A stretch of 64,000 nucleotides of DNA from contig CAJFCJ010000041.1 of the NCBI GenBank assembly GCA_904063045.1, positions 25,701 through 89,700 of the forward strand, written 5' to 3'. Origin of the DNA: Dimorphilus gyrociliatus (taxonomy: Eukaryota > Animalia > Annelida). The position numbers were made by a program, and so were the translations under genes. The notes under the pieces are model-generated. The model was not told the origin of the DNA and made no database searches. It saw nothing but the letters and a program-made list of their open reading frames with translations. Of this stretch, positions 12,339-25,399 are shown in pieces (positions within the stretch are counted from its first letter, which is position 1; each line of letters starts with the position of its first letter).

Positions 12339-12545
12339 AGAAAGAAAGGGGAAGTTGTACAACTTTTTAATATTTTATGCTTATACTATGCTACTATATA
12401 ATACTTATTCAAAAACCTATGATAGAAATGCAATCCCTATTTGGCCCTTGCTTGGTCATACTTAAGGTTCATCTTTAAGTGCCTTTAAAGATTAACTGGA
12501 AACAACCACCACTGGGACAAGTCTTCTATCCTTTCAACATTGGAC
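12339..12545 (+). mobile_element. Polypurine tract (12339-12354) plus truncated 3' LTR related to family A
   Basis: agaaagaaaggggaag is followed after 1 nt by TGTACAAC at 12356. It shares the blocks aggttcatctttaa, ctggaaacaaccaccactgg and tcaacattgga with the family A LTRs. Confidence 0.75.
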
Positions 12546-12769
12546 AAGCAAACAAACAATTTTAACTGTCAATTATAATTTGGCCTATCAAAATTTATGG
12601 TATCCATTTTTTATGAAATTTACTTAATACATCTATAACCAATGATTTTATGAAAAATTTTCATTGTTAAATTGTAATAAACTTACAAAAAGTTACAATT
12701 TTCAGGGAAAAAATTGAAAATAAATTAACTACATGTTCACAACTGTTCAATTCAGTGGCAATTTTTTTT

Positions 12770-14100
12770 TATTCTGTCCAGTCCTCTCCTTTCTCCATAT
12801 ACTTTCCCAGGTTGCCAAGAGCCTTGAAGAAACATTCATTGTAAAGAAAAACTCCAAAGACTAAATTTAAACTGAATATTTACCTGAAATTTCCTATACA
12901 TTGCATGTATGAAGTGGAATATTCATCTATGAATCTGTGATTCTGGATAAATTTTGGATACAGCTCTCCACAGATCCATTTCAAAGTCAATTGTTATCTT
13001 CTCAGGCAGTGACATGCCAGTCCGGTTTCTGATACTCTGAAATATGAAACAGATATCTAAAAGGTTAAAGAATGAGTTTCTGAAAATAACACCTTAAATG
13101 CCTTTTTATAACTTTTTCTTTTCTTTGATGTCATAAAAATAAATGCCACAGGAACATGTTTCATTTTACCTTCTTTTTTAACAATATTTCTGTTGTTTAA
13201 TGTCCATTGTCATTCGCAATTGCATCCATCATACCCTCATTTGCATCTTCATTCATTTCTGCCTGTATCACATCTTGATTTGAATTTTCATCCATTTCAT
13301 TTTCATTCATCTTACATCTATCAATATATTGATTCTATTTTCAAACAATTTTTTAGCATATTTTAGAAATTTCATAGTTCTTTTCAGCCAAACCCTGTCT
13401 GGATAGTACTGAACTGATTTTACTTTTCCAAACCCCCAGTTTACAATAAAAGCAAATGTCTTCAGCTCATCTTGATATTTTTATTAATGCTATGATATTG
13501 TATAAATCTGCTAATGGACTTTTAGGCTTAGTCTCACATTTTGATGCAATAAATCACGTTAAAGGAAGCCATCAGCAATAAAAGAATGATTAAGTAAAAT
13601 TGCCAAGGATTTAGTTTCCTATGGTTGGTTTTTCCTTCTATGATAATTAACAACCTGCTTGCAATTTGTAACTTTTGGAAAAATTGACATAGTGTCTTGT
13701 TGATATAGAAGCATCTTCTACAATTCTTAAGGCAGATGTATGTTTTTCTGATTCTGCTCTTTTCTTTATTTTTGTAATTTGTTTTAAAGTTTTCTTTGGA
13801 AGATTATTGCGAGGTTTTGAGCCTAATGTGAACACTTACCATCATTTTCATTGACACTTCCGGGACATTTTCTTTCTTTATTTTTGCCACTATATTTCCA
13901 AATTCTATTACATTTTCTTGTTTGTTTAACTGTATATGCAAATCCATAATGATCTAGCAAAGGTTTTCAAATATCTTAAAAGATCCATCAGTCAGAAAAG
14001 AAGGCAAATCCAATGAGTAGTATGCATACAAAGGGAGCATTTCCCTTTTTTCTGCTTGTTTATAGCACTGTGGCATCATTTTTGAACTATTTCACCTAAA
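12770..14100 (-). mobile_element. Heavily degraded MULE transposase
   Basis: Fragments: DHYGFAYTVKQTRKCNRIWK (FLYWCH), KKEGKMKHVPVAF..MTSKK, LPEKITIDFEMDLWRAVSKIYP, FHFIHAMYRKFQ|gt, ALGNLGKYMEKGEDW. Confidence 0.8.
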
Positions 14101-14332
14101 AAGAGAAATTGTAATCCTACAAACTTTGATAAGAAAACTCAAAAAATGTTAACAAATAAAGAGAAAATTATTAAAAGGTTGCACACTGGATGTTTTTCAT
14201 ACAAACAATCTAACTAGCAAAACACTCTTTTTGTGAAAACTGGTTCAAGGCATGGCAAAATTTTTAGCTTCATTCAATTTTCTAAAAATTGTCAGCAAGC
14301 CTTAAATCAGTATGCAGACACTTCCAATTACC

Positions 14333-14395
14333 TTGTGAACCCTTTCAATTGACTTGCAAACCCTTTCAATTAGTTTACAGACCCTTTCAATCAGT
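14333..14395. repeat. 21-bp tandem repeat x3 (core ACCCTTTCAAT)
   Basis: ttgtgaaccctttcaattgac / ttgcaaaccctttcaattagt / ttacagaccctttcaatcagt. Confidence 0.8.
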
Positions 14396-14399
14396 CCAG

Positions 14400-14546
14400 A
14401 TTTTGGGCTGGGAATTGATTAGCTATTGATATGTACTTAAAGGGCAATTTAAGGTTTAGGAGCATTCAAAAAGATTAGGCAAAAACAAGGGCTATGTTAG
14501 GGTTAGGGTAAAACTACAGATTTATGGCCATTTTCTACCACATCCC
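14400..14546 (-). mobile_element. MITE with TAACCC repeats (partial copy)
   Basis: The reverse complement reads gggatgtggtagaaaatggccataaatctgtagttttaccctaaccctaac, homologous to the left end of 29231-29437. Confidence 0.6.
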
Positions 14547-15941
14547 TTTTATTTTTGTGAACTATTAACTTTCGAAGGAGTATATAAATGCTTAGAAATT
14601 GGCAGTTGATAGTTTACTTGAGGGCTTGAAGCTCTTTTAATCAATAAATATTCTTTTGATGAAATTACATTCATTAAGACAGTCTGTGGACAATTTCATA
14701 TAATGCCTTAGTTAAAAATATCAAAAACTTTTTCATATAGCCCCACAATCCATTGCAGTTCCTGTTTCCAGTTTTTTTGAAATTTCCAATTTGTTTTTCG
14801 ATAATCACATAAAATTGAATTTAGCTGGTTAGGCTGGAAAATGCTGCACTTGATTGATTATTTGTCTATGTCTCTGCTTTAGGTAACAAAAAATTAACCC
14901 ATTTTTTTCTAAGTATCTGAAAATGACAACATTCTGCGCCTTTAAAAATTAGCAATTCTTCCTCTTTTTATAAACAGTACCATTATAGGCCTATAAAAAA
15001 ATTAAAATTTGATATAAAAGTCAATGGAATGTTATCAGAAATTGTTATCAAGAAATAGCACTATCTTCTCTGCTAAATCCCCTAAAAATATTTCAATAAA
15101 TAGATAAAACAACAAAGAACTATTCCTATTTTTTCCCTTCTTCCTTACTTGCAATTTTCAATATTTGAACAATGCTGAATGCTACTATAGAATAGTACAA
15201 GTAGGAAAATCATTATTGGTAATTGTTTTAAGGCTATCAGTCTATTTCCATCTGCAATCAGAAAGTTCTTCACAAGTTGTTTTGCACAAGTTTATATTGG
15301 CATTTTCCTTCTTATAGTAGTCTTTATAGTATATGTACATGTGGTAAAAAAGAAACAATTATCTCATAATTCTGATGTAACAAAAATATGAAAGACTTGT
15401 TATATCACACATATAAAATATAATCCTAAGATTAGGGCCACATGCCAAACATGTGTCATTGCAAAAAGGCCTGCCTCATCAGCATATGGTATTTGACCTG
15501 CATCTTTTCCATGTTCTTTGTTCCTTTGTTAATTCCCCAAGTAGCCACCATCTGTTACAGTCAAAGAGCCTATTTCTTACAAAATAGAGTTCTTTCATAT
15601 AGAATCTTTTGTGATAAGCAATGTACACAATTCATAGATATATGTGATTTTCAACAAGATTGTACTAGAGCAGTTGATGAAGTGAATATTTATTGTTTGT
15701 TTAGCTATGGAAGAGATTTATGACTGAATTTCAAATTCCATTGAAAGTTTAATACATACTTTTGAATGAATATCATTTATTTGCTGATGCTTGTTTATAC
15801 AGTATAAAATTCAAATATCAATTTAAAACAAGTATAAATAAATATCTTCCAAGAACACCAATCATATTTATTGTATGACTCTCATTGTTATTACATTAAT
15901 GATTGGTCTACTACAAAATTTAAAACAATTACAGTAAAATT

Positions 15942-18900
15942 TTAAATTTTTGAGAAAAGGATAGAAAAGATAATAGATATGGCAATAAATTGAAATGTAT
16001 AATTAGTCTTTTCGACTCCTGCTTTTCCATCTAATTCCCAAGTATTGCATTTGTCACCCTGACAACACTTTTCACATTCTGTCTTTCCATTTGCAGTCTT
16101 GCAAATTTCATTTGTTGCTTCTGAAGTGCAAGTTTCATTTGAACATCCTCTGATATATTCTATCTTATCAGAAGTTTCAGTTCTATATGCCCAACAATCT
16201 CCAATGGAACAATCAATAATTTCCATTTTAGATGTATTATTGTTACTATTGGAAATCTCATTTCCACAATCAGCTTGATTTCCTTTGCATTTATAACATT
16301 TTTCTAAAGATATTGTAGGATAAAAAAATATTTTAATGGCATTATAATAAAAAAAAAATTTTTTTACTTACGAGCACATTCTCTATTATAATTCATTAAG
16401 TAGAAACCAGATTTACATTTAGAACATATATTACCATGAATGCATACAGAGCATTTACTTATTGAACAAGAGATGCAACTTTCTTCATCATCACTCAAAG
16501 AAAAACCAGTTTGACATGATTTACAAACAGCCTTTCTATTGAATGATTCTGATGTGCATGTTGCACAATTTGTAAATGTAGCTGATGAGCAAGGTATGCA
16601 TTTTCCATCACTTTGAAGGGAAAATTCATTAGATATACATTTAGTACATTTACTAATATGATTGCTATTGGCAATACATGTTTGACAGTTTGGTGGACAA
16701 GGAATACAAGTTCCATCAGGTGATCTACCATATCTTTTCATACATGTTTTACATTGATAATTTCCATTGTGAGTGCATTCTTTGCAATAACTTGGACATT
16801 TTCCACAATCATCAGCATTTAGGTAATATTTCTCTAAACATGATGAACAAACCATTGAAGATTCTCCAGGAGGAATTTTACAGTTTTGGCATTTATCAGA
16901 GTTACATTTTTCACATAATCCTTCTCTCAATCCATAACTTGGTATACAAGCTGTGCATTGGACCTTATCATCAACTAATGAACAAGCACTACATCCACTT
17001 GGACAAATTCTACAAATTTTATTACTTGATATATAATATTTGTCTTTGCATGAAGGACAAGTAAATCTATTTATGTTTGCATCATATGAACAACTGGAAC
17101 ATCCACTGGGACAAATTCTGCATTCGCCATTCGATAAAACAGATACTGAAGAGTTGCACTTTGTGCAAACAGTTTTATCACCCAACCGAATAGATTTCTC
17201 ACACCTGGCTTTCTCTCTATAACATTTTTGATCAATTGAGTCATAGAAATAACCAGAGTTACATTGCTGATCATCACATTTAGTAGCCCCATTAACAATA
17301 CATATTTTACAATTTGGATCACATCCTGTAAAAATATTTGAAAACTTTTACAAAAGATGAAACCATTAACAAAATACTTACTTTCACACAAAGGTGGGTG
17401 AGTTGATAAGTTTAGTCTGAAACCAATCTTACAAGTTTCTGGTATTAGTATATTGGATGTAGCTGTTTGAAATGAACATCTTGCTACTCCATCTCCAATG
17501 CAAGGCAGACAGGTACCCTCAGTTCTATGCCTAATAAAACCTTCATCACAACCATCAGGTATACAACTTTGATCATCAAAACAAAAAGGACAGTTTTCTG
17601 TACATGCTTGACATATTCCATCATGATCCTTATAAAAACCTCGATTGCATTTTAAACATTTAAATAATCCATTAATTTGTTGTACACAAATTGCACAATT
17701 GGCAATAGAACAGGATTGACAACTAAAATCTGCATCATTCAAAGCTCCTGAAGTGCATCCAAAAGAGAGGCAAATAGCATTATTTTGATTTTCTGGATCA
17801 ACTCTACATTCATCACAATTGTATGGACATTGTATACATGCTCCTACATTGTTAATTGCATAGCTTCTTGAGCAAGCAGTACACCTGTTAACTGTTGTAA
17901 GTGTTGAAGATGTATCAACAGTACATATTTCACATCCAAGTTGGCATTGGTGACATTTTGAAGTTGATGTAGAGGAAGCTTCTTCTAGGGCCCAACCAGC
18001 TATACATTTTGTACATTCAGAAATAGTTGATAATCCAGCTGCTCTTGTATATTCTAAACAATTAGCAATGGTTTCTCCACCTCCACCAGGTGTATTGTAT
18101 ATGCATTCTGAGTTCCCTTGTAATTCATAATTAGACAAACATTCAGAACATGTACAAATGTCATTAACTAAATCAAAGATTTTACAGTTTGAAATCTCAT
18201 TAGTTGAACAGTTAATACAACCATTTAAATTGAAATTAATCAAAGCGTTATTTGAGCAGGTACATTCACATGAATTTCCACCTGAATTTAGTCTCTTTGT
18301 TCCACCATTACAAATTAATTCACTTGGACATTCAACACATTCTGAATTGCGTTTCAGTATATAATTAGCAGAACATTCAGAACATTTACAGACATCATTA
18401 TCCAATTCATAAACTTCACAGTTGGCAATTTGATTTGTACAATTAACACAACCATTAGAATTTGAGTTCATAAAGGTATTATTTGAACATATGCATTCAC
18501 ATGCATCTCCATCTGAATTAAGTTGTGCTGTTCCATAATTTCAGGTGATTTCACTTTCACAATTGTTACATTCTGTATTGCTTTTCTTTACATGACCAGC
18601 TAAACATTCAGAGCATTTACAGACATCATTATCCAATTCATAGACTTTACAGTTGGCAATTTGATTAGTACAATTAATACAACCATTTGAATTTGAGTTC
18701 ATAAAAGTAGTATTTGAACATATGCATTCACATGCATCTCCACCTGAATTAAGCTGTGCTGTTCCACCATTGCATGTGATATCACTTTCACAATTGTTAC
18801 ATTCTGTATTGCTTTTCTTTAGATGACCAGCTAAACATTCAGAGCAAGTACAGATATCATTATCCAATTCATAGACTTTACAGTTGGCAATTTGATTAGT

Positions 18901-21900
18901 ACAATTAATACAACCATTTGAATTAGAATTCATTAATGTAGCATTTGAGCAAGTGCATTCACAGGCATCTCCAATAGAATTTAACTGATGTATTCCATTT
19001 GTACAAGTACCGCAACTTAGGCATGATTGACCATCTTTAGAAACAATATTACCTTCAGAACATTCATTACATACTGAAATATATGTTCCTGCTTTTTTCT
19101 TTAGTGTATAATCATTACATTCTGATATATCAGCAATTTCCATGCATCCTGCATGAGTTGGATGTTTGAGGTAATGTTTACCTCCTCCATCAGCAGTGCA
19201 TCTCCCACATTTGCATACATGATTGTCTACAACAGCATGTGAACAATGAAGCAGAGTCAATATATTGCATTCCCAACAAATATATTGATAAGGATTTGAA
19301 GAGTCTAAAACATATCCAGCTGCACAGCCAGAGCATCTGCTATAATAGTTTGATTGTCCTCCTGTTAAAACATATCCTGTACAATGTCGACCTCCATATC
19401 TGCTTTTACTGACATTTTCAAGACCAAATTTTGTTAAAACAAAATCTGGCTTAGGAACAAAGCATCTTCTTGCATACACTTCATAAACAGTGAAGCCACT
19501 TTTACAATCATCATGAATTTTCAGACACATACCATAAACCAGTGAGTAGAGTCCAGTACATTTTGTGCATGTATTAGTACCTAGCATTACTTGTTGGCAA
19601 TTTGGAGGATATGTTGATATTCCTGAGGAAGTACAAGTTCCAAGAATATTCTTTGTATTTGGAACAATGTTGTCAACTGCGGAGCTGTTAGAGCAGCTTA
19701 AACATTTGCAATTTGGTGTTGAGCCAGATACAGCTATATTCCATTTGATATTGCAATTTTCTACATTTATTGAATCACAAACAGATGGTGAAGATTGACA
19801 GTCTATACCAGTTTTTCCATTTGAACAAGAGATACAATTAATTATTGATCCTTCAAAAGTGCATTCACTACAGCCATCTGGACAAGGTAAACATTCGCCA
19901 GAGGATAAATATGATCCAAAAGCACAGGCTGTACAGATAACTGATGAAATGTCGGTCCATTTTGAACAGAATTCTCCAATTTCTAAAAAACAGAATTAAA
20001 CTTCAGTTTGAAAATTGATACAAATCTTATACAAACTAAAACAAGCTTTGTCATTTGATTGAAGCTTTGTAAAACCAGTTGCACAACTATGAACAGTTAG
20101 ATTGTCTGGATCTTCTGTAGAACATGCAAGAGCATTGGGAAACTTTTCTGAGCAGGCTATAATTTCAGTGAATTTTTAAAATATTTTTCATGAAAAGAAA
20201 TTTGTTCACAACCTTACCCTGACACTTATTATATTCATCATTAGTATCTTGAAGGGCTGTAACAAATTTAGGGTTGTCTTGATTTCCCATACAATGACCT
20301 ATTTTACATCTACATTTAAAATTTGGAGCAGAACCAAATCTTTCAAATGTGGTACACTGAAGTCTGGCTATAGTACAATCTGTATATTTTAAGCAAGAAA
20401 AAATTACACATTTTTAAACTGCCAAGATCAAACTAGTACCATAACATCCTCGTGTTGGCATTCCATTTATTTCTATATTGACCCACTGTGTATTTCCAAT
20501 ACATGTTTTACATTCAACATCAGTGTTTAGATTATTTAATTGGCAATCTTCACAATTATATCCACAACTTCTGCAATGTCCCCTATAAATCCCAACATCT
20601 ATCAATATACTTCCCGGAGGACAAGGCATAGGAATAACCTCATAATCATAATCATATAATACATCATCAGAGAAATGATCACTTTCATCAGAAAGAGTAC
20701 TAAAAGATGTACCACTGACAAGGGGATCGTGACAGGTTCCAGTTTTGAAAGAGAACTTTCCAGTTGTAGAATTTGTACATGGTGACCTTATACATTTTAG
20801 CTCATTGGATATCACTTCACAATATTTACAATTATTAATTGAACAAGCCATACAGGATTCAATAACAGTGGATGAATTTCCATAATTTGGAGCAAACCCT
20901 CTACTACATTCCAGGCATGTTAAGCCTCCTGTCCTTTTCTTACAGTAATCACAACCAATTGGACATGGAATACAAATACCTGTCAAATCATCATAAGTAT
21001 ATGTTTGTTGGCACATAGAAGCATAGCAAATTGGAGTTGTTGCAGTACTCTTTTCAAAGTAGCACTTATCACAATAATTAGGGCAAGCTATAAGAGTGGT
21101 ATTGCAGAAATTAAAATATTTGATAACAAAATCTAGTATATGCCGGCATACCTGCACAAGTTCCATCACTGCTTAGAGTCCATGATTTTCCATTTTCTTT
21201 TTCAGTACAAGAATGAACAGAATTTGTTCCAGTACATTCAGCTCGAAACTTGGCAGAATTCCAAGTGCACTTATTACATTTTTCAGGACACTTTGAACAA
21301 AGATTGTTTGAATTTCTAGTATATTTTGCTTTACATTTGTCAGCTTTACAAATGAGATTGCCAGAAGAGACTTCACACTCCAAACAGTTATCAGGGCATT
21401 TGTCACATACTTCCCTAGCAACAACTGTATACTCAGCCATACACTTTGAACATTTTACAACATTGTTAGTTTCTATACAAGAATGACAATTTCTTGGACA
21501 GGGAGAGCATGAATCATCTTTCAAATAATAGCCAATGCTACATTTTGAGCATTTGTTAGTATTACTGTGTGCTTCACATTCTAAGCAGGCAGTGTGGACT
21601 GAGCTACATTTTTCACACTGTTTAGATGTTGTTAAAGCATAAGACTTGGAGATGCATTCAGTGCAAGTATCTTTATTGGAACATTTAGAGCAGCCAGTAA
21701 TTGATGTAGAGCAAGGTTTACAAGTTGTTATGTTATTATTAGTTTCTTGATAGGTATTGCTGTCACATGTAGTGCAAGTAACTCCTTTACTTTTAAGGTA
21801 TCTACAGGATTTACAGAATGATCCACAGGCTTAATTTAAAGCAGAACAACACTGATAAGTGCATTTGTGAATGCTAAAAACATGTGAGAACTCACCTACA

Positions 21901-22572
21901 CAGTTTTTATTCTGGACAGTATATCCTGCTTTGCAGATTTCACATTGCACACTAAAGGTAGTTGTTAGCCAATTACACTGTTCACAATTGTGAGGGCAAG
22001 GAATACAATCATTAAAATTTTTTCTTATAGCAAAATTTTCTAAACAATCTTGACACTTGCTAATAGAATTACACTTTTTGCAGCCAGGTAAACATTCTAA
22101 AAGTCATTAGAATTAAAATTAAGAGTAGGCTAAAAAATTTTTGTAAAAAATTTTACCATGGCATTTTCCATTATTCATAAAGTAATGTTCAATACATTTT
22201 TCACAGAAAGTTGCGTCATCTGGATTACTTGAATCAGATTTCAGTTTACATGATCCAAGTGCACAATAATCTGGACATTCTGAAATAAATTTAATTTTAT
22301 AACTGTTAAAAAATTGGAGATAAGAAACTAACTATAACAGCTTAATCGATCAGCTGAATGAATTGTTCCACTTTGACAAACTCCACAAGATTGTACTCTA
22401 TTGGTTGTTTGTCCTTGTTCACAATTTAAAATTTCATTCTTTGATAAAATAGCTGAGTTGATATCTAAAAAAACAAATCAGTTTAAGTGAGAAGAGCTGT
22501 ACTGTTTAATTTTTTTGTAGAATTACTTGTAAAATACGATAAAGTGAAAAGGAAAAATATTTGGTAATCCAT
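15942..22572 (-). CDS. ~2,000-aa secreted Cys-rich protein: signal peptide, dozens of furin-like/CxxC repeats, C-terminal Ly6/three-finger domain, GPI-anchor-like tail; about 11 exons; one in-frame TGA at 18543-18541
   Basis: ATG at 22572 gives MDYQIFFLFTLSYFT. GT-AG exons carry CPxxCxxC...CxxC repeats. The last exon reads KCYKC...CSIGDCWAYR...RGCSNETC...CEKCCQGDKCN followed by the hydrophobic FQFIAISIIFSILFSKI*. Confidence 0.85.
18120..19030 (-). repeat. Four tandem 231-bp (77-aa) coding repeats within the Cys-rich gene
   Basis: The unit CESDITCNGGTAQLNSGGDACECICSNTTFMNSNSNGCINCTNQIANCKVYELDNDVCKCSEC... is repeated. Codon 18774-18772 aligns with 18543-18541, a 231-bp period. Confidence 0.92.
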
Positions 22573-23421
22573 TTATGATAGATAAGTTATCTTTCTTCCT
22601 TTTATTTTATCTAAAACTTTTTAACCAAGAGAGAAGGAATATATACCCTCAAAATATATTAACATATTGTTTTCAAAGAATATTACCTCAATTTTTCCAA
22701 GAATTCTGTTTGTTGGCTAAGCAAGAAAGCATTAACATATAAAAAAACGCCTACAATCAGTAAAAATCCTAGGCCTATAATCATAAAAATGTTTTTCTCT
22801 TAAGTAAATATTCACAATAAAACATTTTCTATTTTATTTGTTTTTTTTTGCTTGGTAACATTTGAAATTGAATTGTTATGGTTTCACTTTTTTTGAATTA
22901 ATTTAAATTATTTATCACATTATTAACAATCTATAGAAAATATTTAAATAATCTACCACTAAAGAATAATTTCTTTTTTTTTGTTTTTAGAAATTATGTC
23001 CTTTAACAGGGAATATTCTATTTTCTGACAACATTTTGTTGTTTGACAGGACAATGACCCAGCTTAAGTTTTCTTCAGAAAAGTCAATCAATAATTTACA
23101 ATAATCTGAGTGTGGGCGAAAATTGTTTATAGTCTGGTGCTCTGTGACTCTATGCCTTTGTTTAGTCACAAATCTATGCTAGTTGATATTAAATTGCAAT
23201 TTATGAATATTCATAATAGGACACTTCTGCAGTTGGAGAGGGAGTTCAGTACCAGCCAAGATTATATTGTTTTTGTCTTATTGGTTGATAAATTGTAATG
23301 GTTTAAGCATAAAAAAATTATTTTGAGATTCTAAAAAATGAGATTAAATTGGAAATTTTAAAGAATTTGTAAATTGCGAATATTTTTTATATGAACTAAA
23401 ACACAGAGCAAGGAATAATAA

Positions 23422-24056
23422 TGTACAACTTTGGTTATATTTAACATGTTTGAACTCTATTATTTTATGCAACTTATACATGTACATCTTAAAACCTACA
23501 CAAGAAAATGCTATAACATTGGCCAAACATAAGTCTGATTAGTCAGCTTGAAGGCTCATCTTTAATTACCAATAAAGGTTTGGTCAAGTTACAATTTAAT
23601 TAACTTGCCTAGGGTGTGGCCAAGTTTTAATTCAATTAACCTTCCTAAATGTTCAACCTTGTAACATCCTCTTACTAAACATAAATATGAACTACACATT
23701 TTGGCAACTGTAAAGTGATGATTGGATGTCAGAGGCAAACCTCAAAGTATATAAATCCTCACTATTCTCATTTGGCATGCAGCTTCCATCTGGACCCAAG
23801 GACCTGGGAAAATCATCTGGAAACAACCTCCACTGGAACCATCCATCTACTCCTCAACATTAGAAGACAGTTTGGTAATTTGGCAACCTGCTTTTATGAA
23901 CTATCTACTCTGCTATCGAACTCTCATATTGTTACTTGCTTAAGTATTATTATTGCGAATAAACCGTTTTAATTTAAACATTTGTTTAAAGGTTTGAGTA
24001 GAACCAGTATTGTTATAACTTGCAAATGCATAGATTTTGCCAGCAAGAGCAGTACA
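23422..24056 (+). mobile_element. Solo LTR, family A (635 bp)
   Basis: Near-identical to 4874-5509 with the same TG...CA ends. No clear 4-bp TSD (ataa/atgt). Confidence 0.88.
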
Positions 24057-24109
24057 ATGTTATACTCGAACCTTTGAACAAAGTGTTTAATTTAAAATTG
24101 TTTATTTAA

Positions 24110-24431
24110 AATATCAGTTGTTGATGTTAATCATTGTGCTAAAATTTCAAAACCAAATGACATATTAATTAAATCAGATATGGGAAAAAATTCCAATGTT
24201 TTCTCTATTGAAGCATATGATAATGACATAAGCTTAAATTCACAGTTAATTTATGGTGTCACAGTTGACAATAACAATGAAAAAGTTGATAAAGATTTCT
24301 CAATAAAAAATGGCACAAATCTTATTATAACAACAAAACCAATTGTCATTATTGAAAAATATGAATTGCTTATCAAGGTTTATGAAAAAATCCAAAAATC
24401 CTTGTACAGCTACAAGTTTATTAATAGTTGA
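24110..24431 (+). pseudogene. Isolated cadherin repeat exon
   Basis: VVDVN...VFSIEAYDNDISLNSQLIYGV...FSIK...YELLIKVYE carries the cadherin Ca-binding motifs DxN and AxDxD..N. No partner exons were found. Confidence 0.6.
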
Positions 24432-24904
24432 CATCACTGCCAAAAAGGCTAAATTGCACAAAATGTACATCAAAACTCTGTTCAAAAGTCAATTTAATGT
24501 ATTTTTAAATGTTTTAGCATAAAGTTAGGATGGCCCTAATTTTTATATTAGTCACTTTTTTAATAATTAACTGATTCTATTTATGAAATTTTTTACTTCT
24601 TTTCTTCTCTTCTTTTAAACCTTATTTAAAATGTTTAAGCTGAACAAAATTGGCATTATTATTGCAACAATTGCTGACATTATCAAGGTCATGATAACTA
24701 TTTTAAATATTTACACTTTTAAATAGACTTAGGCCTAATTTTGTATTGCTTTTGTTGCAACATTGAAAATCTACATATATCATTAAGTAACTTTGATGAA
24801 TTAGTAAATGAGTAAAGAAAATGATTTATGTTGAAATTTTGTAAGATATTCCTACAATTACTATACAACGAGGTAGCAACAAAAATAAAATAATTATTAT
24901 AGAC

Positions 24905-25062
24905 TGATGTGAGAGAATATGTCCGCAAATCATGACTTTTACTCTAACCCTGACCCTCAGATGAGACCACTCTAAGTACAAATTAGTTATTGTTTTCCTC
25001 TTCCCAGCAACTTTTCAATCTAAAACTTTGAAATTTTTCATTTATAGACATTTTCTGTCAAC
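24905..25062 (+). mobile_element. MITE with TAACCC repeats (second copy)
   Basis: gagagaatatgtccgcaaatcatgacttttactctaaccctgacc...ctaagtacaaattagtt...gacattttctgtcaa aligns with 29231-29437. Confidence 0.65.
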
Positions 25063-25399
25063 GACAGTGTAGATAGCTCATTGAGTAAAATCTTAAAAAA
25101 ATGTCTTCCAACTGTGTAGATTGGAACTAGTTCTTATTTCATTAAATATATGAATATAATCTTTGTTAATGCAAATAAAAATTTGAACACATTGACATCT
25201 TGTTTAACATGTATTCAATTTTCTTCTTTTCTTTCTTTCTTCTAAATATTTCCTTGATAAAATAACCCAAAATGTAGCTGTCATTTTTGAAGTCACTGTC
25301 CAATAATGCTCTTTTCAATTTAAATTTATGCAAAGTAAAGTCATTTTTATGTTTTTTCTGTATAATTAAGCCTAGTTGAATTTGCTTTCTTGTTGGTTT

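Noticed and set aside
15442-15723. Cys-containing ORF; the minus strand has QIPYADEAGLF, reminiscent of pogo/Tigger NADETGLF
   Set aside because: A single short motif with no supporting flanks or TIRs.
15840-15900. Possible SECIS in the 3' UTR of the Cys-rich gene (atgagagtcatac...tatgattg)
   Set aside because: The helix is too short and there is no properly placed 3' GA quartet.
22987-23298. Short ORFs on both strands
   Set aside because: No recognisable motif or splice context.
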